DNA of 64,000 nucleotides from Escherichia coli (GCF_024223415.1 NZ_CP100500.1), one strand, 5' to 3'; shown: positions 46,315 to 59,892, counted from the first letter of the stretch. Notes: generated by a model not told the origin, from the letters alone. Numbers and translations are program-made.

Positions 46315-48075
46315 TTAACCGCGTAATTCGTGTGCCCGACGAAAACGACCTTCGTAATCGAACACTTTTTCACGCACTTGCCAGTACTGACCTTTCATGC
46401 GGGCAACGACAAAATCCGGGTGTCGCAATAAGGCTTGCTGGGCGAGGATATCGGCGGCGGTGATCCAGCGCAGAGGGATGCCCGGTGTGCGCGTATGCGG
46501 GCGGATAAAAAGCTGCTCGAAGGCAGTTCGCTGGGCGGGCGTTTGCAGACGGAAACGCTCACTCACATCCGCGCCGTCTTCATCGTAATAGGTGATTTTC
46601 AACCATTCGCCTTTCTCGTCGTGCCCATGCTGCAAAGACATGCCGCTACAGCGTAATACCAGCGCATCTTTCAGTCGTAGCGCCGCTTTTAACATATCAT
46701 CCGGATCAACCAGTACCGTGTCACATTCGCGGCAGCGGCGAGCGGCAATATCATTTTCTGCGTTACATTGCGGGCAATTTTTAAAACGGAAACGGAAGTC
46801 ACACTGTTCGCGATGACCGTCGTCATCTTCAAACCATCCCTGACAGCGGCGACCAAAGTGTTCAATCAATGTCCCGTCGGCGGTCGTTTTCCCCCAAAAG
46901 GTGTTGGCAAAACCGCAGGCAGGGCAGAAAACCTGTACCGGAACGTTGTCACTTTTGCCTTTCGGTGTACCAACTTCCGGCGCGTAGAGATCGTGAGGAT
47001 TACCCGCATAATCAAGAATTAAGCAATCAGTCTTGCCAGGAGCGAGACGCAGACCGCGCCCGACAATTTGTTGGTAAAGACTCACTGATTCGGTAGGGCG
47101 CAGAATGGCGATAAGATCGACGTGCGGGGCGTCAAATCCGGTGGTCAGTACCGCGACGTTGACCAGATAGCGAAAACGCTGGGCTTTAAAATCTTCAATT
47201 AACACATCGCGCTCAGCGCCGGGGGTGTCGCCAGTAATCAGTGCAGCATCTTCGGCGGGTAGTAATCCCACAATCTCTTTTGCGTGTTCAACGGTGGCGG
47301 CGAAAATCATCACCCCTTTGCGCGTTGCAGCAAACTCCATAATCTGGCTGATGATGTGCGGGGTAATACGTTGTTGTTTTTTTAGCTCGCGGTTGAGATC
47401 GGCTTCGCTGAATAGCCCGTTACTCTGTGCCTGCAAGCGGCTGAAATCGTATTGCACTACTGGCATATCCAGTCGTTCTGGCGGCGTCAGATAGCCGTGT
47501 TTAATCATATAACGCAGCGGCAGTTCATAAATGCAGTCACGGAAAAGGGCTTTCTCATCGCCGCGTACCATGCCGTGATAATGGAACTGGTAGATCCAGC
47601 CTTTGCCCAGTCGAAAAGGCGTGGCAGTCAGCCCCAGCAGGCGTAAGTGGGGATTCACTTTTGTCAGGTGAGTGAGGATTTGCTGATACTGGCTCTCTTC
47701 ATCGTCACCAATACGGTGACATTCATCGACAATCAACAGCGAAAATTCACCCTGAAAGGCATCAAGATTACGGGCGACCGACTGCACGCTGCCAAATACC
47801 ACTTTACCGTGGCTCTCTTTGCGCTTTAGCCCGGCGGCAAAAATATCGGCTTCCAGCCCCAGCGCCTGATACTTTGCATGGTTTTGCGCCACCAGTTCTT
47901 TAACGTGTGCCAGCACCAGCACGCGACCACGAGCCAGCCGCGCAAGTTCCGCTATCACCAGGCTTTTACCTGCACCGGTGGGCAGCACGATAACGGCAGG
48001 GGTTTTATGATGACGAAAATGGTTGAGCGTGGCATCCACGGCTTCTTGCTGATATGGGCGAAGTGTAAAAATCAT
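46315..48075 (-). CDS. radD: Superfamily-2 DNA repair helicase RadD (YejH)
   Basis: This is a 586-aa ORF with Walker A PTGAGKS, a DECH box and a zinc-finger CxxC pair. Confidence 0.92.
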   Translation of the reverse strand: MIFTLRPYQQEAVDATLNHFRHHKTPAVIVLPTGAGKSLVIAELARLARGRVLVLAHVKELVAQNHAKYQALGLEADIFAAGLKRKESHGKVVFGSVQSVARNLDAFQGEFSLLIVDECHRIGDDEESQYQQILTHLTKVNPHLRLLGLTATPFRLGKGWIYQFHYHGMVRGDEKALFRDCIYELPLRYMIKHGYLTPPERLDMPVVQYDFSRLQAQSNGLFSEADLNRELKKQQRITPHIISQIMEFAATRKGVMIFAATVEHAKEIVGLLPAEDAALITGDTPGAERDVLIEDFKAQRFRYLVNVAVLTTGFDAPHVDLIAILRPTESVSLYQQIVGRGLRLAPGKTDCLILDYAGNPHDLYAPEVGTPKGKSDNVPVQVFCPACGFANTFWGKTTADGTLIEHFGRRCQGWFEDDDGHREQCDFRFRFKNCPQCNAENDIAARRCRECDTVLVDPDDMLKAALRLKDALVLRCSGMSLQHGHDEKGEWLKITYYDEDGADVSERFRLQTPAQRTAFEQLFIRPHTRTPGIPLRWITAADILAQQALLRHPDFVVARMKGQYWQVREKVFDYEGRFRRAHELRG

Positions 48076-48224
48076 GGTCTCGCGTAGGTAGATTATTCTG
48101 CTAATAGTATGCCACGGATCTTTTTCCCTTGAGGGATGTTATTAGACCGCTATACTGGGCAGACAACAGTTCAGATTTTCGGGTCATTACCCGACCTCCG
48201 TTTTTTACAGGCAAAATCACACAC

Positions 48225-48920
48225 ATGCGACTTGATAAATTTATCGCACAGCAACTCGGCGTTAGCCGTGCTATTGCCGGGCGTGAAATCCGCGGCAATC
48301 GTGTCACCGTCGATGGCGAAATCGTCCGTAATGCAGCGTTCAAACTGCTTCCTGAACATGATGTCGCTTATGATGGCAACCCGCTGGCGCAGCAACACGG
48401 TCCACGTTACTTCATGCTCAATAAGCCTCAGGGCTATGTTTGCTCCACGGACGACCCTGATCACCCAACGGTGCTCTATTTTCTAGATGAACCAGTGGCG
48501 TGGAAACTGCACGCCGCAGGGCGGCTGGATATCGATACCACCGGTCTGGTGCTAATGACTGATGATGGTCAGTGGTCGCACCGCATTACTTCTCCGCGCC
48601 ATCATTGCGAGAAGACCTATCTGGTGACGCTGGAATCACCCGTAGCTGACGATACGGCAGAGCAATTTGCTAAAGGCGTGCAGCTGCATAACGAAAAAGA
48701 TCTCACTAAGCCGGCGGTGCTGGAAGTGATTACCCCAACGCAGGTTCGTCTGACCATCAGCGAAGGGCGTTATCATCAGGTGAAACGCATGTTCGCCGCT
48801 GTGGGTAACCATGTGGTTGAGCTGCATCGTGAACGTATTGGCGGCATTACGCTGGATGCTGATTTAGCCCCCGGTGAATATCGTCCGTTAACTGAAGAAG
48901 AAATTGCCAGCGTCGTCTAA
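48225..48920 (+). CDS. rsuA: 16S rRNA pseudouridine-516 synthase RsuA
   Basis: The accepted start [15 protein letters not shown] is at 48225. It has an S4 domain and the catalytic GRLDIDTTG motif. Confidence 0.93.
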
Positions 48921-48947
48921 CTTTTCAATGACTTTCAGGAGCCCGTT

Positions 48948-50138
48948 GTGACCACCCGACAGCATTCGTCGTTTGCTATTGTTTTTATCCTTGGCCTGCT
49001 GGCCATGTTGATGCCGCTGTCGATTGATATGTATCTGCCCGCGCTACCGGTAATTTCAGCGCAGTTTGGCGTACCGGCGGGCAGTACGCAGATGACCCTC
49101 AGTACTTATATTCTGGGCTTTGCGTTGGGGCAGTTAATCTACGGGCCGATGGCAGACAGCTTCGGGCGTAAGCCGGTGGTTCTTGGCGGTACGCTGGTGT
49201 TTGCCGCCGCCGCGGTGGCGTGTGCGTTGGCACAAACCATCGATCAGCTGATTGTGATGCGTTTCTTCCACGGGCTGGCGGCGGCTGCGGCCAGCGTGGT
49301 TATCAACGCCTTGATGCGTGATATCTACCCGAAAGAAGAGTTCTCGCGGATGATGTCGTTTGTCATGCTGGTGACAACCATTGCACCGCTGATGGCACCG
49401 ATAGTTGGCGGCTGGGTGCTGGTGTGGCTGAGCTGGCATTACATCTTCTGGATCCTCGCCGTGGCGGCGATTTTGGCTTCGGCAATGATCTTCTTTCTGA
49501 TCAAAGAAACCTTACCACCGGAGCGTCGCCAGCCTTTTCACATTCGTACCACTATTGGTAACTTTGCGGCGCTGTTCCGCCATAAACGTGTCCTGAGCTA
49601 CATGCTTGCCAGTGGTTTCAGCTTTGCCGGGATGTTCTCGTTCTTAAGCGCCGGACCGTTTGTCTACATTGAAATTAACCACGTCGCGCCGGAAAACTTT
49701 GGTTATTACTTTGCACTAAACATTGTTTTCCTGTTCGTGATGACCATCTTTAATAGCCGCTTCGTCCGCCGTATTGGCGCGTTAAATATGTTCCGCTCTG
49801 GGTTGTGGATACAATTTATTATGGCAGCGTGGATGGTCATCAGTGCGCTGCTGGGGCTGGGATTTTGGTCGCTGGTGGTTGGCGTTGCGGCGTTTGTGGG
49901 CTGCGTGTCGATGGTGTCATCCAATGCGATGGCGGTCATTCTTGATGAGTTTCCCCATATGGCGGGAACGGCATCTTCGCTGGCAGGAACCTTCCGTTTT
50001 GGCATAGGGGCAATTGTTGGCGCATTGCTTTCTCTTGCGACCTTTAACTCTGCATGGCCGATGATTTGGTCAATTGCATTCTGCGCAACCAGCTCCATTC
50101 TCTTCTGTCTGTACGCCAGTCGGCCGAAAAAACGGTGA
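48948..50138 (+). CDS. bcr: MFS bicyclomycin/multidrug efflux transporter Bcr
   Basis: This is a 396-aa, 12-transmembrane ORF with a GTG start and the motif [11 protein letters not shown]. Confidence 0.92.
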   Translation: MTTRQHSSFAIVFILGLLAMLMPLSIDMYLPALPVISAQFGVPAGSTQMTLSTYILGFALGQLIYGPMADSFGRKPVVLGGTLVFAAAAVACALAQTIDQLIVMRFFHGLAAAAASVVINALMRDIYPKEEFSRMMSFVMLVTTIAPLMAPIVGGWVLVWLSWHYIFWILAVAAILASAMIFFLIKETLPPERRQPFHIRTTIGNFAALFRHKRVLSYMLASGFSFAGMFSFLSAGPFVYIEINHVAPENFGYYFALNIVFLFVMTIFNSRFVRRIGALNMFRSGLWIQFIMAAWMVISALLGLGFWSLVVGVAAFVGCVSMVSSNAMAVILDEFPHMAGTASSLAGTFRFGIGAIVGALLSLATFNSAWPMIWSIAFCATSSILFCLYASRPKKR

Positions 50139-50470
50139 TCTATTGCACAACGAGGAAGCTAAAAGGCTTCCTTTGTTGATGCATGTCAACCACAAATCTA
50201 TCATTCCCCCGATATATGTTTATTTTATGTAAAATCAATTTATGTAAAAAGTCACATCATTGTAGTTAAAAAGGTTGAGTTAGATCGCAGAAACGGGTAC
50301 ATATAGCCCCGCAAACGTGACCACGCCCGCAGATATTACTTAAATCAGAGCCATAGAGGCCACGCAGGCGAGGCATCAATCTTTACGATCTGTATAAAGA
50401 CGGATTGTTGATGATGTGTTAAAATTGATGTAAACAAATTGTGAAGTAAATGTGCTTCCGGGGAAAATAA

Positions 50471-50815
50471 GTGACTTCATTACAACTCTCAATCGTCCAT
50501 CGACTGCCGCAGAACTATCGCTGGTCTGCTGGTTTCGCAGGTTCGAAGGTTGAACCGATTCCGCAAAATGGACCGTGCGGTGACAACAGCCTGGTGGCGC
50601 TTAAATTGCTTAGCCCGGATGGTGATAATGCATGGTCGGTGATGTATAAACTAAGCCAGGCGTTAAGCGACATCGAAGTTCCATGTTCGGTGCTGGAGTG
50701 TGAAGGTGAGCCGTGCCTGTTTGTAAATCGCCAGGACGAGTTTGCTGCAACATGCCGATTGAAAAATTTTGGTGTGGCAATTGCCGAACCCTTTTCAAAC
50801 TACAATCCTTTTTAA
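50471..50815 (+). CDS. yejG: Uncharacterised protein YejG
   Basis: This is a 114-aa ORF in the conserved position between bcr and yejF. Confidence 0.85.
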
Positions 50816-50818
50816 GCG

Positions 50819-52408
50819 TCAGCTCAACGCCAGTAGCTGACGCGTATACTCCTGCTGCGGTGTGGCAAACACGCGCGCGCACGGTCCTTGTTCCACTACT
50901 TCCCCTTGTCGCAGTACGATAACCTGATGACATAACGCGCGGACAACGTGCAAATCATGGCTGATAAACAAATAGGCCAGTTGATGCTTTTGTTGCAATG
51001 ATTTCAATAGCGTTAATATTTGCGCCTGTACCGTTTTGTCGAGTGATGATGTCGGTTCATCAAGTATGATCAGCGAGGGCTTAAGAATTAATGCCCTGGC
51101 AATCGCAATACGTTGTCGCTGACCACCAGAGAACTCCGCCGGATAACGGTGGCGTGTTTCAGGATCTAATCCCACTTCATGCATCACGGCTATCACTTGT
51201 TGTTCGCGTTGTGCGGCAGAAAGCGTCGGCTGGTGAACCCGTAAGCCTTCCTCAATAATCTGCAAAACGTTGAGTCGTGGGTTGAGCGAGGAGTTTGGAT
51301 CCTGAAATACCACCTGAATGCGATGACGAATAGGTAACAGCTGGCGGCGATTTAAATTTTGCAGTGGCTGACCGTCAAAGATGATGCTGCCCTGAGAATT
51401 AATCAGTCGCAGCAGCGCCAGTCCCGTCGTGCTTTTCCCGGAACCGGACTCGCCCACTAAACCCAGTGTTTCACCCGCCCGTAACGTAAAACTGATGTTT
51501 TTCACCACCACATTATGATCCACAATGCGCTTCAAAATCCCTTTGCGAATGGGGAAGGCAACCTGAAGCTGTTCAACATCCAGCAACGTTGAGGCAGGTT
51601 CTGGCAATGGCACCGGGTCGCCTGACGGTTCACTGTTGAGTAGCTTTTGTGTGTAAGGATGAGTGGGTGAGGCAAATAGCGTAGCGGCGTTATTTTGCTC
51701 GACACAGCGACCGTTTTGCATTACCGCCACGCGGTGGGCCAGTTTTCTGACAATGCTGAGATTATGAGTAATAAACAGCATGCCCATATTCAGCTCGCCT
51801 TGCAGTTCGCGCAACAGCTGTAAAATCTGCGCCTGGACAGAGACGTCCAGTGCGGTGGTCGGTTCATCGGCAATTAATAATTCCGGTCGCGTTAACAGTG
51901 CCATCGCAATCATCACCCGCTGGCGTTCGCCGCCGGAGAGCTGATGCGGATAATCTGTCAGCCGTTTTGCCGCCTGGCGGATACCGACGCGATCAAGGCA
52001 GTTAAGAATTTCGCCACGAGCCGCTTCCCGACGCATCCCGCGGTGGAGTGAAAGCACTTCATAAAGCTGTTTTTCCAGGGTATGCAATGGATTTAACGAC
52101 ACCATCGGCTCCTGAAAAATCATGGCGATCTTATTACCGCGTACACCGCGCAACGTTTGATCGCTGGCATGAAGCAGCGATTCGCCATGAAAACGAATAT
52201 CGCCGGAGAGATATTCAACCGGCGGGGAAGGGAGCAGGCGTAAAATTGACAGCGCGGTAACGCTTTTGCCTGAACCTGACTCACCCACCAGCGCCAGCGT
52301 TTCGCCAGCCTCAATCTGTAGTGAAACATCATTTACTACTGTACGTACGGTTTGCTGATGGCGAAAACCCACCGACAAATCTTCAATCGCTAACAGAGTT
52401 TGCGTCAT
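50819..52408 (-). CDS. yejF: Peptide/microcin C ABC importer ATPase YejF (two ATPase domains)
   Basis: The accepted start [13 protein letters not shown] is at 52408. It has two Walker A motifs (GESGSGKS twice). Confidence 0.93.
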   Translation of the reverse strand: MTQTLLAIEDLSVGFRHQQTVRTVVNDVSLQIEAGETLALVGESGSGKSVTALSILRLLPSPPVEYLSGDIRFHGESLLHASDQTLRGVRGNKIAMIFQEPMVSLNPLHTLEKQLYEVLSLHRGMRREAARGEILNCLDRVGIRQAAKRLTDYPHQLSGGERQRVMIAMALLTRPELLIADEPTTALDVSVQAQILQLLRELQGELNMGMLFITHNLSIVRKLAHRVAVMQNGRCVEQNNAATLFASPTHPYTQKLLNSEPSGDPVPLPEPASTLLDVEQLQVAFPIRKGILKRIVDHNVVVKNISFTLRAGETLGLVGESGSGKSTTGLALLRLINSQGSIIFDGQPLQNLNRRQLLPIRHRIQVVFQDPNSSLNPRLNVLQIIEEGLRVHQPTLSAAQREQQVIAVMHEVGLDPETRHRYPAEFSGGQRQRIAIARALILKPSLIILDEPTSSLDKTVQAQILTLLKSLQQKHQLAYLFISHDLHVVRALCHQVIVLRQGEVVEQGPCARVFATPQQEYTRQLLALS

Positions 52409-52409
52409 G

Positions 52410-53435
52410 CTACACCGCCTTATTAGGATCAAATGCGTCGCGGACGGCTTCACCAATAAAGATCAGCAAAGACAATAATATCGCCACCGACAAGAAGGCG
52501 GTGATCCCAAGCCACGGGGCCTGAAGGTTATTTTTCCCTTGTAACAGCAGTTCACCGAGTGACGGTGAACCGAGCGGCAGACCGAAGCCGAGGAAATCGA
52601 GTGAGGTCAGGGTGGTTATCGAACTACATAAAATAAACGGTAAAAAGGTGAGGGTCGCGACCATGGCATTAGGCAACATATGACGCAGGATGATACTGCG
52701 ATCGCTGACGCCAAGCGCCTGCGCCGCACGAATGTAGTCGAAATTACGGGTACGTAAAAACTCCGCCCGCACCACGCCGACCAGACTCATCCAGCCAAAC
52801 AAGACAGTAATTGCCAGCAGCCACCAGAAGTTAGGCTGTACGACGCTGGAAAGTAAAATAATCAAAAACAGCGTCGGCATCCCCGACCATACTTCAATAA
52901 AGCGCTGCCCCCAGAGATCGACCTTACCGCCGTAATAGCCTTGTAGCGCCCCCGCCAGCACGCCCATCACGCTGGAACAAAGAGTCAGCATCAGGCCAAA
53001 CAGAACCGAGATCCGCGTGCCATAGAGAATACGTGCCAGCACATCGCCGCCGTTGGCATCCGTTCCCAGCCAGTTTTGCCGGGAGGGGGGAGAAGGGAAG
53101 GGCTTATCGGTAGCAAAGTTGATACTGGTAGCACCAAAGCGAATCGGTGCCCACAGTACCCAGCCATTATTTTCCAGCCGTTGTTTCAGCCACGGGTCCT
53201 GATAATCAGCCTGACTTGCCAGAGGGCCGCCAAAATCGCTTTCACTGTAATTTTTCAACAACGGGAAATACCAACTGCCGTCATAACGCACCAGCAACGG
53301 TTTATCGTTGGCGATAAGTTCAGAACACAAACTCAAACCAAACAAAACGAGGAAAATCCATAACGACCAGTAGCCGCGACGGTTATGGCGAAAACGCGCC
53401 CAACGGGTCTGATTGACGGGGCTGAGTCGCGACAT
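52410..53435 (-). CDS. yejE: ABC importer permease YejE
   Basis: This is a 341-aa polytopic BPD-type permease. Confidence 0.92.
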   Translation of the reverse strand: MSRLSPVNQTRWARFRHNRRGYWSLWIFLVLFGLSLCSELIANDKPLLVRYDGSWYFPLLKNYSESDFGGPLASQADYQDPWLKQRLENNGWVLWAPIRFGATSINFATDKPFPSPPSRQNWLGTDANGGDVLARILYGTRISVLFGLMLTLCSSVMGVLAGALQGYYGGKVDLWGQRFIEVWSGMPTLFLIILLSSVVQPNFWWLLAITVLFGWMSLVGVVRAEFLRTRNFDYIRAAQALGVSDRSIILRHMLPNAMVATLTFLPFILCSSITTLTSLDFLGFGLPLGSPSLGELLLQGKNNLQAPWLGITAFLSVAILLSLLIFIGEAVRDAFDPNKAV

Positions 53436-54529
53436 TAACGTCCCTCAAAATCTATACGCGGATCGACCAGCGTATAGCTGATATCACTGACAATATTCAG
53501 CAGCAGGCCAATCAGGGTGAAAATATACAAGGTACCAAACATTACAGGATAATCGCGCGAGACGGTCGCTTCGTAGCCCAGTAAGCCAAGACCATTGAGT
53601 GAAAACATCACCTCAATCAGCAGCGAGCCGGTAAAAAACATGCTGATAAACGTCGCCGGAAAACCGGCAATCACCAGCAGCATGGCGTTGCGGAACACAT
53701 GTTTCCAGAGAATATTTTTTTCACTTACCCCTTTCGCACGCGCGGTCACCACGTATTGCTTGCGCACTTCATCAAGGAATGAGTTTTTTGTCAGCATAGT
53801 CAGCGCCGCAAAGCCACCAATCACCGTCGCCAGCACCGGCAGCGTGATATGCCACAGATAATCGGTGATTTTCTGATACCACGGCAGCGAATCAAAGTTA
53901 GCGGAAACCAGGCCGCGTAGAGGGAACAGGTCGAAATAGCTGCCGCCTGCGAAGAAGACAATCAGCAGGATGGCAAACAAAAAGGCCGGAATGGCGTAGC
54001 CGATGATGATAAATGCGCTACTCCAGACGTCAAAGCGGCTCCCATTATAAACAGCTTTGCGAATGCCTAACGGAATCGACACCAGATAGATAATCAGCGT
54101 GCTCCACAATCCGAGGGTGATGGAAACCGGCAGACTGTCTTTAATCAGCGTCAGCACCGAGGCGCTGCGAAACAGGCTATCGCCAAAATCAAAGCGGATG
54201 TAGTCCCAGAGCATTTTGAAGTAACGTTCATGGATCGGCTTATCGAAACCGTAGCGATGAGTGATCTCGGCGATCACTTCTGGATCTAATCCGCGTCCGC
54301 CACGGTAATTACTGTCGCTGATATTGCCGACACCCGTTTGCGCATGGCTGGCACGAACACCTTCACCGCCTGCGCCGGGTAATACTCCGGCATTACCAAA
54401 CTCAATGGCGGCGATGGCCTGGTCGACCGGACCGCCAGGCGCAATTTGCACGATGAAAAAGTTGATAGTGATAATCGCCCATAACGTTGGGATCACCAGC
54501 AACAGACGGCGAATCAGATAAGCGCCCAT
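53435..54529 (-). CDS. yejB: ABC importer permease YejB
   Basis: This is a 364-aa polytopic permease that overlaps the yejE start. Confidence 0.92.
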
Positions 54530-56350
54530 CTACTCTCCCTGTTGTCTGGCTGACGGCAGTTTGGCCGCTTTATTAACGTCATACCACCAGGTATCGATAC
54601 CCAGGCTGTAAACAGGGCGTACAGCGGGTTGGGAGAATTTATCCCACCAGGCGAGACGGTCTTCCGCCATGTACCACATTGGCAGCATGTAATAATTCCA
54701 CGTTAATACGCGATCCAGTGCTCGCCCCAACGGCAGTAATTTTTCTTTATTTCCCTGCGCGGCAATAATTTGGTTGATCAGCGAGTCGATAACCGGGCTT
54801 TGCACGCCGGGGGCATTATAAGTGGAATTGATATATTCCGATGACCAGGAAATCTGTAAATCGGAACTGGGCCACGGCATCGCCCGCCATACGCGCGGCA
54901 TCATGTCATAGTCGCGATTGCGCATGCGGTTGGTGATTTGCGAGTTATCCACCTTGCGAATGTCCATGTTGATACCCAGCCGTTGCAGGCTGTACTGGAA
55001 CGGCAATACCCACTGACTATTGCTGCTTGCAGGAAGCAATAATTCAAAGCTGAGCGGCTGACCCGTAGTGGCATTAACGCGTTGCTGACCTTTCAGCACC
55101 CAGCCTGCTTCGTTAAGAAGTTTGTCGGCTTTTAACAGGTTGTCACGATCGTAGCCATCGCCTTTAGATACCGGCGGCTGGTAGATTTGTGTGAAGACTT
55201 CTGACGGTAGATCTTTTTTCATTGGTGCCAGAAGCACCAGCTCCGCGGCGTCGGGGTAATTTCTGGCCGCGTATTCGGTATTCTGAAAATAACTGTTCGT
55301 GCGACTCCAGGCATTGTAAAACAACGCCTTGTTCATCCATTCAAAGTCAAAGGCGAGGGTGATTGCTTCCCGGACCCGGCGATCGCTGAATACCAGACGT
55401 TGGATATTAAACGCCAGCCAGCGCGTATCCTGGGCTGATTCGTTCTTTTGCTCATCTTTGATGATGTATTTTTTATCGAAATTTTTACCGGTATAACGCG
55501 TGGCCCAGTTTTTAGCGTCGTTTTCCATACGCAAATCAAAAGCACCTGCTTTAAACGCTTCAAAGGCGACATTATCATCGAGGTAATAATCGTAGCGAAT
55601 GGTGTCGAAATTCCAGCGTCCACGGTTTACCGGTAAGTTTGCTGCCCAGTAATCTTTCACGCGGGAATAGACAATATTTTGCCCCATTTTCCAGGACGTA
55701 ATTCGGTACGGACCACTGGCAAGCGGAGGCGTGGCGAGCGGATCGCTAAGTTTGTGATCCTTCCAGTACTTTTCTGGAAATACCGGCAGCGAAAACAGAC
55801 TCAACATATCTTCTTTGCCGGGTTTAGCTAACTCAATGCGCACGGTTAACGGCGCAATGGCTTTGACGGTGGTGCCTTTGTAGACCAGACGAAATTGCGG
55901 CACGCCTTCGGTCATAAATTTTTGAAAAGTAAACTCTACATCGCGGGCAGTAATGGGCGAACCATCATGAAAACGGGCGCGCGGATTAATAGCGACCTCC
56001 ACCCAGGAATAATCGTCAGCATAGCGTGCACTTTCAGCAATCAGCGGGTAATAACTGCCTGGTTCGTCATCGGAAGTCGTAAATAGCGTGTCGTACAGCT
56101 GCTCGGTGCGTGCGCCCGGGTTGCCGCGCAGTGCATAGCGGTTGAAATTATCGAAGGTACCGAGGGCTGACAACGTTATCTGCCCACCTTTTGGCGCGGC
56201 GGGGTTCACATAATCAAAATGGTTGAAATTAAACGCGTACCGGGGTTCGCCCAGCACGGCAAAGACATAGCTTTCCTTGATAGCCTGCGCCTGCGCACCA
56301 AAGGTGAACAGAGCGATAAACAGCAGCAGTATGCGCACAATCATCTGCAA
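54530..56350 (-). CDS. yejA: Periplasmic substrate-binding protein YejA
   Basis: This is a 606-aa ORF with a signal peptide and an SBP family 5 fold. The start may be two codons downstream. Confidence 0.92.
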
Positions 56351-56425
56351 CGGATTTCCTTTTACTCATCATTAGCCGCAATCCGGCATGCTTTCACTAT
56401 GAATAATAAGGGACGTAAGCACACC

Positions 56426-57982
56426 TTACCACTGCGGCGTATACGGTTTCTTCAGCCAGCGGACAAAATCGTCCAGCGGTAACGGGCGACTAATCCAGTA
56501 GCCTTGCATGAAATTAACGCCGCGTTCGCTTAGCCATCGCGCCTGTTCCGGCGTTTCGACCCCTTCAGCAACCGTCAGCATATTGAGGCGTTTCGCCAGC
56601 GTCAGCACCGCGTCAAGTACGGGGGAAGTGATCGTTTCCGTACCGATGGCGTTGATAAATCCACGGTCAATTTTCAGATAATCGAGCGTAAAACGCTCAA
56701 GATAGATAAGCGCGCTGTGCCCGGTGCCGAAGTCATCAATAGCAATTTCTATGCCGACCGAGTGCAGCCAGGCGAAGAGTTGTGTGGCTTCTTGCTCTTT
56801 CAGCATATCGCGCTCGGTAATTTCCAGCACAATCTGGAAATGGTGTGCGGGTAGGGAAGTGAGCAGTTTCTGGATATCTGCTTTAAAGCTTTCGCTGTGC
56901 AGATGGTCCGGCGCAATGTTAATGCCAAATTTGACGCCTACCGGCAGAACTTTTTCTAATTCTGCGGCATCGCGGGCAATTAACTCAAACAGGTGCTGAG
57001 TCAGCGGCACAATCATCTTTTGCGATTCGGCAAAGTTAATGAAGGCATCCGGGGGAATTTCTCCCGCGACAGGATGCCGCCAGCGTAGCAGTACTTCCAG
57101 GCCCGTTACTCGCAAAGCTTGTGTATCCACCACCGGTTGATACGCCACGTAAAATTGTTCGCGCTTGATGGCGGTCATGATTTCTCTGCCGGGGCGCATA
57201 CGTACGCTCATCAGGTAATAGCAGAGCAGGCCAACGACAGTTCCACTCATGCCGCCCAGTAAAAATGCGTACCACACATCGTTCCATGTCCAGTCATCTG
57301 CATAAAGCCGAACGGTCAGAGGAATGCCCGCAATTTTAGTTTCACGGACTGGCATGTCGGTTAATTCGTTAACGTTCATCAAACGTGAAGAAAAGGTAGA
57401 TAGCGCAGTATTGCCAATAATGAGGGCGACGCCATCGTAATCTTCCTGCCGTGAACTATAAAAGAGTGAAGGCGTCAGGTTGAGATTCAGAGCGGCAAAG
57501 ACGCCGCTATTTTTCAGCAAAGGGTTGCGATACCAGATGACGATTGCGGGTTTGTTCGGCACCATCGGCGTGCCGGGTAAGATCGCCATATCGACATTTT
57601 TATTAATGTCGAGCGCCGGAATCAATTCATTGAGTGGAATGTCCATCTCACCGGTCGCAGATGAACAGAATGTTTTTTTATCTTTCACCAGCACAAACGT
57701 ACGGACATTCATGCTAAACGCCGCGCGGGCGGTCAGTTCGGGGTTAGCCTGCTGGCAGGTATCTAAGGTCAGCGGCTGAAGCCGGTCAGTAGTGGATTTC
57801 AGGTCGGCAAAATAGGTATCGAGATACTTTTGTACGTCGGTAATCAGTGTGTCGTATTTGACTTCGTGCTTATGCCAGGCCACCAAAAACTGAAGGCAGC
57901 TCACCAGTATCGCAATCATCACGCCTGCAACAATGCAGGTAAGCAGGAGCTTACGTCCAGAATTGGGAGCGCGTATGAACAT
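56426..57982 (-). CDS. pdeN: c-di-GMP phosphodiesterase Rtn/PdeN (CSS-motif sensor plus EAL domain)
   Basis: This is a 518-aa ORF with two transmembrane segments flanking a periplasmic domain with Cys residues, and an EAL domain (EVLLRW..DDFGTG). Confidence 0.9.
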   Translation of the reverse strand: MFIRAPNSGRKLLLTCIVAGVMIAILVSCLQFLVAWHKHEVKYDTLITDVQKYLDTYFADLKSTTDRLQPLTLDTCQQANPELTARAAFSMNVRTFVLVKDKKTFCSSATGEMDIPLNELIPALDINKNVDMAILPGTPMVPNKPAIVIWYRNPLLKNSGVFAALNLNLTPSLFYSSRQEDYDGVALIIGNTALSTFSSRLMNVNELTDMPVRETKIAGIPLTVRLYADDWTWNDVWYAFLLGGMSGTVVGLLCYYLMSVRMRPGREIMTAIKREQFYVAYQPVVDTQALRVTGLEVLLRWRHPVAGEIPPDAFINFAESQKMIVPLTQHLFELIARDAAELEKVLPVGVKFGINIAPDHLHSESFKADIQKLLTSLPAHHFQIVLEITERDMLKEQEATQLFAWLHSVGIEIAIDDFGTGHSALIYLERFTLDYLKIDRGFINAIGTETITSPVLDAVLTLAKRLNMLTVAEGVETPEQARWLSERGVNFMQGYWISRPLPLDDFVRWLKKPYTPQW

Positions 57983-58162
57983 GATTCCGTTAATTTCCTG
58001 AAATTACGACAACATTTAAAAGATAACAATGACCGGACTATAGCCTGGATCAAGACGCGGAAACATCATTTTCTCTGATGAATGAAAACAAAAAAGCACT
58101 GCCTAAGCAGTGCTTTCAGTTAACTCGTCAGGATAGCCAAGGGATTGCATCCAAACGGTTTA

Positions 58163-58729
58163 TTAGCTGCGGCTGAGAACCCGGCGTGCTTCGTTGTAAC
58201 GCTTCTTCCAGTACGGTTCATTCATGCTGGAAATAATAACACCACTGCTGGTGGAAGCATGGACAAACTGATTGTTGCCGATATAAATACCGACATGGCG
58301 TCCCGTTGAACCGGCACGGAACAGAACTAAATCACCCGTACGCAAATTACTGCGGGAAACAGATTTACCCATTTCCTGCTGTTCGTAAGTCGAACGCGGA
58401 AGTTCTAAGCCAAATTGCTCACGGAATGTACGCTGTACGAAACCAGAACAATCGATACCTTTTTTAGTGCTGCCGCCCAGACGATAACGTACGCCTTTCC
58501 AGTCAGCATACTGATCCATAATTCGCGATTTTACGTCGACATTACGAACCAGGTTTTCAAATTCATCCTGAGAAGCTTGCAGTGATGATGTTTCACTACC
58601 CACTGCACGTGTCTCAGGATGCATATTCTTTGCGGTGTTATTTGCACTACATGCAGAAAGCAGAACCGCTACTGCAATCGCGGGGATCCCGCGCAAGATA
58701 TATCTCAAAATCGGTTGAGATTTGACCAT
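58163..58729 (-). CDS. mepS: Peptidoglycan DD-endopeptidase lipoprotein MepS (Spr), NlpC/P60
   Basis: This is a 188-aa ORF with the lipobox LLSAC and the catalytic motifs DCSGF and HVGIY. Confidence 0.93.
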
Positions 58730-59140
58730 GTTGTTTGTTTTCCCTTGAAGTCCTTAACGACAAATATCGTTATAAAAAAATGCCAAGCGACACGAGACTA
58801 ATTACCTGGGCATGTTGAAACAATTCCTTAAGGCCAAATCTGTGGACTAACGCACAAAATTATATGCTGTGAGGATAATCTACCGCCGAGGCAAAACGAG
58901 TTCGAGATTACCCGATTGGTGCGGTCTTGGCGAGCGGTTTTACATGATTTTTTATAAGAAAAAGTGATACAGAAAGTTAATAAGCGGGATTGGTCAATTA
59001 AAGTACGATTGAGTGAAACGCATGCAATCCATTCATTTACTTAGAGAATGATTTTTGCTTTCGATGGATGAAAGCACGGTGCGCATCATCAGGATTATCC
59101 TCACTATAAAAATAAACCTGATGATGTTAATTACTGTGAG

Positions 59141-59854
59141 TTATTTGTTTTGGAAATGTTTGTTTTTTCCCGGTAGTGATTTGTCAAAAAAGGTGATTAA
59201 TCGATCACTTAATGGCGTCAGCAACACCCAGGGCAAACCGATCAATATCACGGTCATCGAACCGACAATGATGTCAGTAAACCAGTGTGCGCCAATCATT
59301 ACTCTGGGAAACGCAAAAACCACAAAAATAATAAGGGCGATAAGACCTGCAACTTTGCCGAAATAACGCCACATGAATGCCGAAAAAATAAGCAGCATCA
59401 TGCCGTGATCGCCGGGAAAGCTATCTCGTGAGGCATCTTTCGTGGGGACAGAGAGCAGTTCGCTGACGCAGTTAATATCGGTAAAAGTCAATGTTGGGCT
59501 GGCCCGTTTTACAGGAATTAATGCCTGACCCAGCTGGTTTAATACCACTGCAGTTAATAGCATGACCAGACCAATAATCACGATACGTCGTCTGCCTGGG
59601 GCGTTTTCTTTCAGCCAGAAACTCAGCATCAACATTCCCATCGCCAGCAGTGAACAACCGTCGAAAGCGCGATTGTTGGTCAATGCAACCAGCCACAAAA
59701 AGGCCTTACTTTCGACCAGTTTCTGATTAAAGAAATAAAAAATATCCGCATCAATCGGCAACCAGAATCCATGATTAACGGGAATATACCAGGAAAGAAA
59801 CAGCGCGAGGCCGACAATATTCAACAACACTATTTGCGGCAAATTTTTAATCAT
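59141..59854 (-). CDS. lpxT: Lipid A 1-diphosphate synthase LpxT (YeiU), PAP2 family
   Basis: The accepted start MIKNLPQIVLLN is at 59854. It carries the PAP2 motifs SFPGDH and AHWFTD. Confidence 0.9.
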   Translation of the reverse strand: MIKNLPQIVLLNIVGLALFLSWYIPVNHGFWLPIDADIFYFFNQKLVESKAFLWLVALTNNRAFDGCSLLAMGMLMLSFWLKENAPGRRRIVIIGLVMLLTAVVLNQLGQALIPVKRASPTLTFTDINCVSELLSVPTKDASRDSFPGDHGMMLLIFSAFMWRYFGKVAGLIALIIFVVFAFPRVMIGAHWFTDIIVGSMTVILIGLPWVLLTPLSDRLITFFDKSLPGKNKHFQNK

Positions 59855-59892
59855 ATTTTCTCTAATTATCTTACTGAAAAACGCAGGCAACC

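Noticed and set aside
59055-59366. 103-aa plus-strand ORF upstream of and overlapping lpxT
   Set aside because: It overlaps the 3' part of lpxT on the opposite strand and the AT-rich mepS upstream region. It has no RBS and no recognisable family.
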